From the NCBI GenBank assembly GCA_035631115.1, contig DASQJJ010000006.1, forward strand, positions 11,551 to 75,550: DNA of 64,000 nucleotides, written 5' to 3'. The notes beneath the pieces are model-generated. The model made no database searches and was not told the DNA's origin. It was given only the letters and a program-made list of their open reading frames with translations. Position 1 is the stretch's first letter; each line of letters begins with the position of its first letter. This document shows positions 25,768-36,364 of this stretch, one piece after another. Origin of the DNA: Candidatus Eiseniibacteriota bacterium. GTDB lineage: Bacteria > Patescibacteriota > Microgenomatia > Levybacterales > UBA12049. A program made the position numbers and the translations under genes.

Positions 25768-28426
25768 CTCCCAACCATAGTAAAAATCCACCCAAGGAAA
25801 ATATTGTTACAAAAAATCCAAGCAGAAATGTCTTTGAAAAAAATGAAAAAACATAGGTGTGTTGTCCCGGCCTTGTCTTAACTTCTAAAAATCTATTGTT
25901 TTCCAAGTGAGCTTTTTTCCCATCAATAGTAACACTCCACCCGGGGTAATAACTTTCCAAAAGTGAAAGAATCGCAGGCTGATCACTCCCTTCTCTAATT
26001 GTTATTGTATTTACTCCAAAAGAGGCTATTGTTTTTTTTATTACCTCTCCTTTATTTGTAATAAGTTGTGAGAATGGGCGCGCATCATGCACTTTGAATA
26101 TTATTGTGTCCTCATTTACATACGCCTTAGTAGAATCCCACGGAAGACTTGTGACAATATTGTGCGGAGAAATTACGTATCCTGGCAATATATCGTGATA
26201 TGTAGATGGTGGAGGATAAGAAACATGAGTATAACTGCTTACCAAACTATTCTTAAGCAGCAATCCATAATTTGTATTGAGAAGGAGTGTATTATACTGA
26301 TATGCCAAGTCATAGGGTACAAGATGAATATTATTTACAACTAGCACGAGAGATTGATTAGCATTATCCTTTTGTATCCATTTAAAAACATCCGAGTAGA
26401 GAGGGTAATTCAATGTGTCAATTTTTTGATCTGTAACCAACTGGGGCTTTATTAAAATAGTCTCAAAGAAAATGATGGCTACCACAAGATTTAATACGAG
26501 AACAACAAGTATCAATATTTTTCTTTTACTTAGAAAGTCACGACAGAATAGTCCAAAGAAAAGAAGAAGAATCACAGAAAGATAAGCAAAGATTCTACTT
26601 GGGACTCGATAGTACTGCAAAAAACTAACTGCACTAACTAACCAATGAAAAGGATTCCATTTCCACGCAGGCATGGAAATAGAAATAAAGAGCAAGAAGA
26701 GAATGGGTAGCAAAATATACTTTCTGCTCAATACGATTTTTCTTTTAAGGAATACCCACACAAAACCTAAAAGGGTAAATGGACCAATAAACGAAATTTT
26801 CTCCAAATCTCCCCATGCTGTAGATATATATTGTTTCAAATTAACAGCGGCAAATGGAGCATCAAACGGAATAAAAATATACCTAAGCATTCCAACGATA
26901 TTCATGCTTCCAGTAAAAGGATCTCTGCTTTTCTCAAGATAGTTTGTCAATTCAAGATAGGGAATAATTTTTACTGATGCAAAAAGAAGAAAAAACAAAA
27001 CAGAAATTCCCAGATAGACTGATGCCCTTTTATCTTTAAAAAGAAAAAAGATAAGGATTACCCCCAATCCATACAGAGTATACGTTGCTGTGTATGTTTC
27101 TCCAGAAAACAAGAATAGTGCGATTTCTAATCCCGCGACTCCTGACCAAAATAGATTTTTTTTATCTATTACTTTTTGCAATGAAAAAATCACAAATGGC
27201 AATAATGGATACGATAGTGTTTTTTCAATTTGCCCAGTATCTAATTTTGCTGCTAGATAAGAACTCGATGCATATGTCAGCGCAATAAACAAAGATAAAT
27301 ATGAAGAGTTAAGATACCTTTTCGTAAGTATATACATAGATTCACAGGCAAAAAATATAACAAGAAGGTACATAATTTTTAATGCAGTATCGTAGGGAAA
27401 TACAAGAAGAGGAATAGCAACCAACGGGTTATATACTCCATAGAGAGGATCTGCAACAGTAGGTATTCCCTGAACAACATATGGGTTCCATAAGGGAAAG
27501 GCATGATGTTGTAAGAGAGAGTTTTTAAAATAAAGATGAGGAACATCATTTCCATTCAAGTCATTCGCCCTTACGACATGCGTTGTTAGGAGAATGGGGC
27601 TTAGAATGATAATACTAAAAAGGAAAAATAATACGTGTAAACCAAATGCGCGTACATATTTATTTTTTATCTCGAAAAATATGGGTATTTTTTCATCCTC
27701 TTTGGTTATGGAGATTCTTTTTTTGGAACTTTTTCTTCGTGAATACACTATTAGCGCGATTGTCCTAACAATTTTTTGTATTGTATCTTGTATTGTTGTA
27801 TCTAGTTTTTGACCATTTCTTTTATTGAGCACGTAAAGAAAGTAAACAAACAAAGGAATAAGATAGATACTCGACAATACGAGCGAATCTGGATTAGAAA
27901 AAAGCATGCGCGTTCTCTTAAAAAATAAGAATAAAAAGTCTTTTGGAGAATATAAGAATTGCTTGGAGTATACATATTTACTTGTAAAGAAATCTCCCAC
28001 ATTCAGAGTATTCGGAGAAGCATTTGGTATTGTTGTAACAAACTCATATTGTCTTCCCTTTGAATTTGTAATTGAAGGAAATCCAAATACAAGAAAACCC
28101 TTTTCATTTACCTGATTTACCTCTGTTTGGGTAGAGTAAAACGAATGTGAATTATTTTTTTCTCTTAGTGCAAATGTAATCAGACCGCGGCCAGTACTAT
28201 TTGGCTTTATCTCCCCTACAACTCTTATAGCAATAATACCTAAGTTATTTTCCTCTGCAATAAATGATCCAGTTGTTCTATTGGCCTTATCATTTTGTTG
28301 AGATAAAGAATGCTTATACACAATTATGGTAAAAGGACTATAGGGATTAATAAAAATAGCGGCAAAAAACCAAAAAATGATGTAAATAAATATTGCGAGA
28401 AATTGTAATCTATATTTTGTGATCAT
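25724..28426 (-). CDS. YfhO-like GT-C protein with an extra N-terminal extracytoplasmic domain
   Basis: FPLWNPY..QGIP, YRVPSR, ESYYPGWSVTIDG, PGQHTYVF. Confidence 0.75.
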   Translation of the reverse strand: MITKYRLQFLAIFIYIIFWFFAAIFINPYSPFTIIVYKHSLSQQNDKANRTTGSFIAEENNLGIIAIRVVGEIKPNSTGRGLITFALREKNNSHSFYSTQTEVNQVNEKGFLVFGFPSITNSKGRQYEFVTTIPNASPNTLNVGDFFTSKYVYSKQFLYSPKDFLFLFFKRTRMLFSNPDSLVLSSIYLIPLFVYFLYVLNKRNGQKLDTTIQDTIQKIVRTIALIVYSRRKSSKKRISITKEDEKIPIFFEIKNKYVRAFGLHVLFFLFSIIILSPILLTTHVVRANDLNGNDVPHLYFKNSLLQHHAFPLWNPYVVQGIPTVADPLYGVYNPLVAIPLLVFPYDTALKIMYLLVIFFACESMYILTKRYLNSSYLSLFIALTYASSSYLAAKLDTGQIEKTLSYPLLPFVIFSLQKVIDKKNLFWSGVAGLEIALFLFSGETYTATYTLYGLGVILIFFLFKDKRASVYLGISVLFFLLFASVKIIPYLELTNYLEKSRDPFTGSMNIVGMLRYIFIPFDAPFAAVNLKQYISTAWGDLEKISFIGPFTLLGFVWVFLKRKIVLSRKYILLPILFLLFISISMPAWKWNPFHWLVSAVSFLQYYRVPSRIFAYLSVILLLFFGLFCRDFLSKRKILILVVLVLNLVVAIIFFETILIKPQLVTDQKIDTLNYPLYSDVFKWIQKDNANQSLVLVVNNIHLVPYDLAYQYNTLLLNTNYGLLLKNSLVSSYTHVSYPPPSTYHDILPGYVISPHNIVTSLPWDSTKAYVNEDTIIFKVHDARPFSQLITNKGEVIKKTIASFGVNTITIREGSDQPAILSLLESYYPGWSVTIDGKKAHLENNRFLEVKTRPGQHTYVFSFFSKTFLLGFFVTIFSLGGFLLWLGVTFFVKKSVFLAYL

Positions 28427-28441
28427 ATTTCTCTGGAGATT

Positions 28442-29512
28442 TTATTTCCTATTTCGCCAGATAATTTGTGCTACAGCAATGACAAGGAAAAAGTATGCCC
28501 ACATTGAGGTTTTATTTTCTTGAGCAATATTACCCAGTACAATGTCTAATTCAGAGAGTAGTAGGAAAAGAAGGGCAAATAATAAAGAAATTTTTAATGA
28601 AATCTTATCTTTTACAATTGCAATTATCCAAAACCCAAGAAGTCCTAGCGCAATTCCGTAGTAGATTGATTGGAGAAGAAAAATGTCTGCAGTAATAAGT
28701 GTAATTGTAAAAGATCCCAAGAAACTTCTTTTCAAGTAATTTTGAAGAAGAAAATTTGTGTTTTTTGAACCAACACCAACACCTTTAAGGGTTTTGCCGG
28801 ACAATTGTGAAAGAAAAAAAGCAATATGACGCGATGTATAAAGTAACATAAAAAGTATGTAGTACACCAATGGAAGTATAAAAATTGACGTCGATAGTAA
28901 AACTTGTGGATACATAAAAACAGATACAATCTTTTTATATGGCATGACCATATACAACTTTTTCCCGGATATTTCTTTTTTTGAAAAGATATATCTCGTA
29001 ACAAAAGAATCATGCCCATTAATAATCGCTATAGCATTTGTCTTATCTCCATTAAGAGAGAGTAACTCGAATTCGTATATTTTCCCTTTAGAGCTACCTA
29101 TTTTAGGAAATCCAAACACAATAGATTCATCTTCTCTCAGGGAGCCTACATTATAAATATTCTCGTAATACCAATTTTGTGTGCCCACTTCTTTAATATG
29201 AAATTTTAAGTACAATGGCTCATCAGGCTGTGCAACCAGACTTCGACTAACATGAATTGTTACAATACCAAGATTATCTTCTTGTGACACAAATTCTCCA
29301 ATTACCTTTGTCCCTTTAAGAAGGATGTTATCTTTCGGTAAATGAGTATACTCCTTATTGCTGTGTGGATATATTAAGGTTGTAAATCCTCCCTGCGGAT
29401 TTGCAAATAATGCTCCTGCAAACCATATAAAAAATAATAAAACAGGCACCACAAGCCACAAAAAGATTGTTAATAACAATGATCTATGAGTGATATTATT
29501 TTTTCTTGGCAT
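28442..29512 (-). CDS. membrane protein of unknown function, paralogous to the N-terminus of the 900-aa neighbour
   Basis: EDNLGIVTI, FGFPKIGSSKGKIYEF; several TMs; start reassigned to 29512. Confidence 0.7.
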   Translation of the reverse strand: MPRKNNITHRSLLLTIFLWLVVPVLLFFIWFAGALFANPQGGFTTLIYPHSNKEYTHLPKDNILLKGTKVIGEFVSQEDNLGIVTIHVSRSLVAQPDEPLYLKFHIKEVGTQNWYYENIYNVGSLREDESIVFGFPKIGSSKGKIYEFELLSLNGDKTNAIAIINGHDSFVTRYIFSKKEISGKKLYMVMPYKKIVSVFMYPQVLLSTSIFILPLVYYILFMLLYTSRHIAFFLSQLSGKTLKGVGVGSKNTNFLLQNYLKRSFLGSFTITLITADIFLLQSIYYGIALGLLGFWIIAIVKDKISLKISLLFALLFLLLSELDIVLGNIAQENKTSMWAYFFLVIAVAQIIWRNRK

Positions 29513-31811
29513 ATTTTTTCGACTGAAATAACATATATGCAATAATTCCCCCAACTATTAATAAGGTAGTAATGATTCCAACATAAAATCCTTCCTGTGG
29601 AAGAAAATAAACAGCAACTTTTATGTCTATTGACCCGTCTCTATTTTTCTTATAAAAAGTTGTGTTGTAGTCCCTTTGAATATCTTTTGGATCAATTTTC
29701 CACATATTGTTATATTTTGGGGAAAATATATGTGTTTTTTCAGCTAATCGCGGCTTGAAAAGATAAGATAATTCACTCAGTTGAAACAATCCATCTGCAG
29801 AACTGCATTCAGAAACTCCTTGCATTACTTTAATAATAGAGTTTTTGCATTGAGTGGGCTCCTCATATCTTTCTAGGTATAATTTCCACCCATCATGATA
29901 TGAGTCTAAGAATTGTAATTCATCCACAGACGTAAGGTGCATGTAAACAATATATTTTATGGGACTTATTTTTTGAAAATACCCTTGAGAAAAATGAAAA
30001 AGTATATTTGGCTTTTTTACCGAGTATAATTCGTAGTTACCCGACGAGCTGACAAAAAGCCTTTTGTCTGTAATTTCATCGAGAAAAGTCTTGTCTTGAT
30101 TTTTTAATGAATTTCCACCAGAAAAAAGGTAAGACTTTTTAACTTCCTGGGGAATATTTTTTGTTACCAATACAACATCTATATTATATTTGTAGTAAAA
30201 ATTTCGAAGGCCTTCATAGTCTCTGTTGGCAATAAGATTCCACATCTTCCCAGATTCTTCATGAGAAAAAGACAAGTCTCCGGAAAAATCATTAATTCCT
30301 GTAAAAAATTTTGTTGGTGATGTTCCGGCAAAAACGTTATTTGTTGTGTCATCCTTAACAACTGCATACCCGGCAATATTGAGCGGGAAATTAAGAATAT
30401 TAGCTGTTGGGTCTGTACTTTTCTTAACTTGCATGAGAAATTGTGAATATTCTTGAGGAAAAGAAATAGTCCTGTATATATTGCTTGTTGTCCAAAGAGG
30501 ACTATTTATGGTTCTTTTTAGAGGAATTGCATTAATGACTATTATCAGAAGAGTACACAAAATAATTAAAAAGCTGTATTTCGAAAATTTTCTCAATACA
30601 ATAAAAAGAGAAAATGCAATCAAAAGAGAATATATAAGAATGAATCCTAAAGCAAATTTGTCAAATGCATTTCGAAACATCATAAAGCCGGGAATGTAAC
30701 CCATAAGAAGAAATACTTCCTTTAAAGGCCCTATATTAACCGTATAAAAAAATAATGATAGGAGAAAACCTATTAGTATAAGAAAATACATCTTTTTCTC
30801 TGATGTATTAAGTGCCTTTTTCCAAAGAAAAATTCCTGCAAATACAATACTTACGTAGATTGTATTAAGAAAAAACATTTTGTCGTAAAACGCAATAAAA
30901 ATAGTACGCAAATCCCAATCATGGGTAAATGTTAAGTCTCTATGGAATAAATTAAGAAATGGAAAAGTAATATTACCTGTTGAGGTTTGTACAACTGTAT
31001 CTCTAAATGTGCTTGCCCTATCACTAATTAAGCTTCCAATACTATTCCCTTTTATGAGAAATTGCATAATAAATGGAATAGTCCAATAGGACTGAGATAG
31101 AAAAATACATCCAAAAAAAATAATACTTCGTATAATAAATGTTTTTATTAGTTGTCTATTGAAAAATAGGAGCCCAAAGGGAAGGGTGAGAAAAAGAGGA
31201 AGTAACAACCCCGCAATCCATGGAATACTATAAAATCCTAGAGAAAGAAATATACAAACAACAACTGTTACTACTACATAGGAAAATGTGCCCGTTTTTA
31301 CGTATTTGATAAAATTCCAGGCAATAAATGGAAATAATCCTACAAGCCATGCCGACATAAGAAAAACAGAAAGTTGATTTATAATAAGAATTGGAGAAAG
31401 GATATAGAAAAATGTACTAGTATATTGCTCCACATATGTGGACCTTGGCAATAACTCTTTTATTAATTTTTGGAAATATATAAAGCCTAAAATAATTGGC
31501 AAAGAAAACGACAGGTAATCAATGACAGCCCTAGATTTTATAACTACAAATAGCCCTGACCAAACAAGAGCAAATGGAAAGGAAAAATGATTTGGCGTAT
31601 AGCTTGCAACTGAAGAAAGATTTATCCAAGAAAAAAAAGACATCGCTTTAAGATACTCCCAAGGATATGCATAAATTAACCTTGTATCATCTCCTCCAAC
31701 GAATAATTTTCCTTGAAAAAGATAATACGGTAATGCGAGAAGAATACATATTGTTATACTATTAACAAGAATATTTTTGTATTTTCCAAAAAAGGTAAAA
31801 GTAGTATTCAT
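29496..31811 (-). CDS. large GT-C-like membrane protein
   Basis: GGDD first loop, PGFMMFRNAFDKF (compare the 17624 gene), DSYHDGW; start probably 31811 (or 31826). Confidence 0.7.
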   Translation of the reverse strand: MNTTFTFFGKYKNILVNSITICILLALPYYLFQGKLFVGGDDTRLIYAYPWEYLKAMSFFSWINLSSVASYTPNHFSFPFALVWSGLFVVIKSRAVIDYLSFSLPIILGFIYFQKLIKELLPRSTYVEQYTSTFFYILSPILIINQLSVFLMSAWLVGLFPFIAWNFIKYVKTGTFSYVVVTVVVCIFLSLGFYSIPWIAGLLLPLFLTLPFGLLFFNRQLIKTFIIRSIIFFGCIFLSQSYWTIPFIMQFLIKGNSIGSLISDRASTFRDTVVQTSTGNITFPFLNLFHRDLTFTHDWDLRTIFIAFYDKMFFLNTIYVSIVFAGIFLWKKALNTSEKKMYFLILIGFLLSLFFYTVNIGPLKEVFLLMGYIPGFMMFRNAFDKFALGFILIYSLLIAFSLFIVLRKFSKYSFLIILCTLLIIVINAIPLKRTINSPLWTTSNIYRTISFPQEYSQFLMQVKKSTDPTANILNFPLNIAGYAVVKDDTTNNVFAGTSPTKFFTGINDFSGDLSFSHEESGKMWNLIANRDYEGLRNFYYKYNIDVVLVTKNIPQEVKKSYLFSGGNSLKNQDKTFLDEITDKRLFVSSSGNYELYSVKKPNILFHFSQGYFQKISPIKYIVYMHLTSVDELQFLDSYHDGWKLYLERYEEPTQCKNSIIKVMQGVSECSSADGLFQLSELSYLFKPRLAEKTHIFSPKYNNMWKIDPKDIQRDYNTTFYKKNRDGSIDIKVAVYFLPQEGFYVGIITTLLIVGGIIAYMLFQSKKYAKKK

Positions 31812-31826
31812 TCTGAGAACTTTCAT

Positions 31827-31835
31827 ATTGTAGCA
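31827..31835 (-). promoter_or_regulatory. extended -10 element
   Basis: TGcTACAAT in the divergent gap, 15 nt upstream of ATG 31811. Confidence 0.4.
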
Positions 31836-31874
31836 AAAAAAGGAATATGATACAGTAGTGATCTCACAGACTTT

Positions 31875-32831
31875 ATGAAACATGTTTTGGTAACCGGTGG
31901 AGCAGGATTTATTGGAAGTCACGTTGTTGATGAATTGTTAGAAAGAAAATATTCCGTTACAGTTTTTGATAATTTAGCTTCTGGAAAAAAAGAATACATT
32001 AATAAGAAGGCAACATTTATCAAAGGTGATGTTTCTCAGAAGAGTCAGGTGGAAAAGTTGTTATCAGGTAGTTCTTTTGATGTAATTCTTCACATAGCGG
32101 GTCAACCATCCATTGTTAATTCATTTACTAATCCAGAGTTGGATTTTGGTACAAACTTTATTGGCAGTGTCAACATGATAATGGGAGCTGTAAAACACAA
32201 CATAGATAGATTTCTCTATGCATCATCAATGACTGTTTATGGAAATCCAATACGACTTCCCATTAGAGAAGAAGATGCGTGTGTTCCTATTAATTATTAC
32301 GGCATTGCAAAGTACGCAGCAGAAAGATTTATTCATACAACCGCTAGTAGAGTGGATTTGGAAAGTCCATTGAATGTAACTTCATTCCGTATGTTTAATG
32401 TATATGGCCCACGACAATCTCTTACTAACCCGTATCAGGGAGTACTTGCTATTTTTATGGGAAACGTCTTAAGAAACGAGCCAATAACCATTTATGGAGA
32501 TGGGAAGCAGGCAAGGGATTTTGTATATGTTAAAGATGTGGCTCGCATGTGGGTTGATGCAATCGAAAACAAGAAAAGTTTTGGGAAGGTATTTAACATT
32601 GGATTTGGACGCCAAACGGGAATGTTAGATCTCGCGAAAACTGTCATACACGCATGTGGAAAAAATTCCAAAACATATCCTATTCTTTTTAAATCAACAC
32701 GGTCTGGTGATCAACGATTTGTTGAAGCAGATATAACAGAGGCAAAGAAATATTTACGTTTTTCACCAACAACTTCTCTAGAGAATGGTATTAAAAAAAC
32801 ACTTGATTGGGCACAAAAGTATGCCAAATAA
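31875..32831 (+). CDS. extended SDR NDP-sugar epimerase/dehydratase
   Basis: VTGGAGFIG, YASSMTVYG, YYGIAK, FNVYGPRQ, RDFVYV. Confidence 0.9.
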   Translation: MKHVLVTGGAGFIGSHVVDELLERKYSVTVFDNLASGKKEYINKKATFIKGDVSQKSQVEKLLSGSSFDVILHIAGQPSIVNSFTNPELDFGTNFIGSVNMIMGAVKHNIDRFLYASSMTVYGNPIRLPIREEDACVPINYYGIAKYAAERFIHTTASRVDLESPLNVTSFRMFNVYGPRQSLTNPYQGVLAIFMGNVLRNEPITIYGDGKQARDFVYVKDVARMWVDAIENKKSFGKVFNIGFGRQTGMLDLAKTVIHACGKNSKTYPILFKSTRSGDQRFVEADITEAKKYLRFSPTTSLENGIKKTLDWAQKYAK

Positions 32832-34062
32832 AAATTTATACAATAATTCATCTATTCTTATTGCAACATTTTCTCCGTGGAAAAATAACATCCGAGCTGC
32901 AACAAATGGCATGATTGAACCAATGCTCTCCTACATGTTGCCCAATTTTAAAGAAACATGGCTTATAGACCAGCCCTATCCGGGAAGTGACAAAATTTTT
33001 CCAACAATAGAGGAATATATTGGCAAAAAGCTGAAAAGAATTGAAAAAACCACTTTTTTTATATTACCTCTTCTCCCTTTTCTTTATTTTACAAATAAAC
33101 CTGGTACACAGATTGCCCACAAAATAAGGGACTTCTTAAGTGTTATTGAAACAGGCTTAAAACGAAAGAAAAAATTTGACATTTTTGTTGGACTGGAAAG
33201 TATAAACGCCCTTGCAGGGATAGTCTTGAAAAAAATGGGACGAGTTTCAACGGTTATCTATTATGTGTCAGACTACTCTCCAAAAAGATTTAATAATACT
33301 TTTATTAACAACTTTTATTTATGGCTCGATAGAATGGCAGCAATGCACTGTGATTACATTTGGGATGTTTCCCCGGCAATGCAACCTGCTAGGATTAGCG
33401 TTGGACTCAATCCTCAAAAGAGCGCACCAATTATTCTTGTACCGAATGCTCTATTTGAGAATCAGCTTATATATGTACCATTTGAAAAAAGAGAAAAAAA
33501 ATCCGTTGTATTTGTAGGTACACTAGGTCTTGAAAATGGGCCTGATATTGCTATAGAAGCATTTAGAGAGGTTGTTAAAAGTATTAAGGATGCCACATTG
33601 CACATTATTGGCGGTGGTGGTCAAGGATTTGAAGCAGAATATTTACAAAAACTAATTAAAAAATATAGTCTTGAAAAAAATGTTATCTTTCATGGCCCTA
33701 TATGGGATTTGCCTAAACTCTCCTCAATGATATCTCACTATCAAATAGGTCTTGCTCCTTACAAAAGATTTGAAGGATCTATACGACTTTATGGTGATGC
33801 AACAAAATTACGCATTTATGCAGCATCGGGTCTGGCAATCATTGCAACAGACGTCCCCCCATTAGGAAAAGAGTTATCTGAAAGGAAAGCAGCTGTAATT
33901 GTAAAAAGTAATAAAGATGCGCTTGCAAAAGCAATTATCCAATTACTAGAAGCGCCACAAAAAATTAAAAAAATGACTGAATATAGTAAAAAATATGCTA
34001 AAAATAATATCTGGGACAATACATACAGAAATGCTTTGTTAGGGATTGAGAAAACTAACTAA
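32821..34062 (+). CDS. GT4-type (GT-B) glycosyltransferase
   Basis: VPNA, VFVGTLGLENG, LHIIGGG, ATKLRIYAASG; start reassigned to 32821. Confidence 0.8.
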   Translation: MPNKNLYNNSSILIATFSPWKNNIRAATNGMIEPMLSYMLPNFKETWLIDQPYPGSDKIFPTIEEYIGKKLKRIEKTTFFILPLLPFLYFTNKPGTQIAHKIRDFLSVIETGLKRKKKFDIFVGLESINALAGIVLKKMGRVSTVIYYVSDYSPKRFNNTFINNFYLWLDRMAAMHCDYIWDVSPAMQPARISVGLNPQKSAPIILVPNALFENQLIYVPFEKREKKSVVFVGTLGLENGPDIAIEAFREVVKSIKDATLHIIGGGGQGFEAEYLQKLIKKYSLEKNVIFHGPIWDLPKLSSMISHYQIGLAPYKRFEGSIRLYGDATKLRIYAASGLAIIATDVPPLGKELSERKAAVIVKSNKDALAKAIIQLLEAPQKIKKMTEYSKKYAKNNIWDNTYRNALLGIEKTN

Positions 34063-34687
34063 TCTCTTTTACAGCAAATATGTGGTACGCATATTTTGGA
34101 AAAAAATATAATATTGGCTCGGAAATAAAAGCAATAATTGCCCATAAAACCCAAGGCTTGTATTGAATCATTGCATGAATACCACGTATATACTTTAGAC
34201 CCCTAAGCCCATATACCCTATATCCTAATGCCTTCAAATCATGTATGTGCCACCCTGACTTATGCTTTTGATGCGGATTTCCAAACAATATCTCCTGAGG
34301 ATAAAATCCGTTGGGAGTCATAATGATAACTCTTTTTTTGGCAATTTTCTCCATTTGCCCTATCATTTTCTGTGCCTCAGTCTTTGTTAGGTGCTCTATA
34401 ACATCTAGAGCAATAACATCGTCAAAACTTTTTTTAGGAAAAAAATTTTGCAAATTTCTAATATCTCCAACTATATATTTATTATGATTTTTTGCCTTCT
34501 TACTTACTTGTATGCAGTCTCTAAAAACATCAATCCCTGTTGACGTAAATGTACCTCTAATTTTCCCCAAAATTGAATTGTATCCACATCCTACATCAAG
34601 CACAGAAGAAGAACCAGCAATGGAGTTTTTGACCGCTTGCTTATAGAACTCATTATTGAAAAATTCAATTACGTTATTTATCTTCAT
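34055..34687 (-). CDS. class I SAM-dependent methyltransferase
   Basis: VLDVGCG, FDDVIALDVIEHL, MTPNG. Confidence 0.88.
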   Translation of the reverse strand: MKINNVIEFFNNEFYKQAVKNSIAGSSSVLDVGCGYNSILGKIRGTFTSTGIDVFRDCIQVSKKAKNHNKYIVGDIRNLQNFFPKKSFDDVIALDVIEHLTKTEAQKMIGQMEKIAKKRVIIMTPNGFYPQEILFGNPHQKHKSGWHIHDLKALGYRVYGLRGLKYIRGIHAMIQYKPWVLWAIIAFISEPILYFFPKYAYHIFAVKEIS

Positions 34688-36362
34688 TAGACAGCTCATC
34701 TCGCGTCTGCTCTGTTATATTCTGTAATTTCATTTTTTTAGAATCGTAATAGAATGCATGAATATCATCCCAGCTAAAATGGTAGGTGCTTTTTGCCTCC
34801 TTAAGATGGTCGAAAGATGTGTAGTATCCATATGATACATCATTAACCTTTGTATACCCTTCACTCCCAAGAGTCCATAAATATCCATTAATTAATAATT
34901 GCTTGGGCATTCTGCCCGTATTGTAATACAAGACAGGAACAGAATAACCAAAGCCATGCTGAAATGGAACGGTATTCGTATCCTTCCACCATTTTCTATC
35001 GCTAGTAAAGTAAAACACATTTACATTTTCTTTAAGCGTGGGTAATTCATTAATCAACTGCGCTATAAACCCTTTTCTTTCTGAGGCTATGACAACTTGT
35101 GTTTGTATGTCTTGCTTAATTTCATTGACATGAAGAAACATAAGGTAGACAAATACCAAAGCAAAAGCGAGTTTTAGCGTAAAAAACTTTTTGTTTATTA
35201 AAAAAATGTTCTTTGCAATATATCCGACAAGGATTCCTCCTGCAGCCAAAGGAATGTAATAATATCGAGGCTCCATGTATGCAAAGGTTTTTCCAATAAT
35301 AATATAGGGAATGATGGATAAGAAGAATAAGGAAATAATAAAAAGAACAATATGTCTTGATTTTTTATCAAATTTTATTTCTATTCCAATATATATGAGA
35401 AGTAAAAAAGATCCAATAGTAGAAAGCATGTCCAAAACAACTGTCTCTCCAATAAGGTCAAAATGATCTGTTATGTATGGATAGTAAACTTTCATAAAAT
35501 CATATGCAATAGAAAGTGCGCTGTATTGAGGAATAAACATAAGAGAAAGACTTGTCATCGGATACATAATAAAACGAGCTATCATTGACTGTACAAAAAA
35601 CAATTTCCCCTGATTAATACTTGCATACACAGGGGAATTAAAGAGGTCTCTAGGCGTTAGGGCTGGAATAATAATTTCAACAATACGATACAAAACGAAA
35701 AGGATTATAAAAATTATAAAAGGAGAGAAAATTTTTATATATTTTTTAGTTTCAATCTTTTTTCTAAAAATAAATGGCATAATTGGAAGAAAAGCAAAAA
35801 GAAATATTCCACTTTCTTTGAAATAAAGAGATAAAAGTGCAAAGAAGAGAGATATAAAGGCAAACCTTACTTTATTATTCTCAATAAATAGTAAGAAAAG
35901 ATATATCGATAAAAAAATACAAACTGATGCAGGCTGTAACCCAAAAGACGCTGCAAACCATGTAATTGACTGGTGTGAAACACTATTGAGGGCAAAAAAA
36001 ACTGTTCCTACAAATGCTGCCAATGTATTCTTAAGGAGTTTTTTAATAATCAAATAAACAAGCAGTGAGTTAACAATGTGTAAGAAAATTCCATAGTATG
36101 CATAGGGAGCAGGATTAAAAGAAAACTTTACTGTAAATAGAACCCCAATAAGCCTTGTGAGGGGTCTTGCATCTGCAAACAATATCTGTAAAGGAGACAA
36201 TCCATGAGTAATTGCACCATATCCTAATGCCAGTACTTGTCCAGAACCCAACCATTCATCCTGTTGAAAAAAAGTCTTAGGTAAATCCCAAAAAGTATAT
36301 AAAATTGCTATGCAAATTAAAAGGAAAAGTATCGCGCTTAAAGAAAAAAAATATTTCTTCAT
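34674..36362 (-). CDS. GT-C fold membrane glycosyltransferase
   Basis: FFQQDEW, RPL, HQSITW, FKESG, EPRYYY. Confidence 0.78.
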   Translation of the reverse strand: MKKYFFSLSAILFLLICIAILYTFWDLPKTFFQQDEWLGSGQVLALGYGAITHGLSPLQILFADARPLTRLIGVLFTVKFSFNPAPYAYYGIFLHIVNSLLVYLIIKKLLKNTLAAFVGTVFFALNSVSHQSITWFAASFGLQPASVCIFLSIYLFLLFIENNKVRFAFISLFFALLSLYFKESGIFLFAFLPIMPFIFRKKIETKKYIKIFSPFIIFIILFVLYRIVEIIIPALTPRDLFNSPVYASINQGKLFFVQSMIARFIMYPMTSLSLMFIPQYSALSIAYDFMKVYYPYITDHFDLIGETVVLDMLSTIGSFLLLIYIGIEIKFDKKSRHIVLFIISLFFLSIIPYIIIGKTFAYMEPRYYYIPLAAGGILVGYIAKNIFLINKKFFTLKLAFALVFVYLMFLHVNEIKQDIQTQVVIASERKGFIAQLINELPTLKENVNVFYFTSDRKWWKDTNTVPFQHGFGYSVPVLYYNTGRMPKQLLINGYLWTLGSEGYTKVNDVSYGYYTSFDHLKEAKSTYHFSWDDIHAFYYDSKKMKLQNITEQTRDELSNEDK

Positions 36363-36364
36363 TA

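Noticed and set aside
24984-34062. Plus-strand islands as invertible (shufflon-like) segments
   Set aside because: No flanking inverted repeats noticed and no recombinase in the window.
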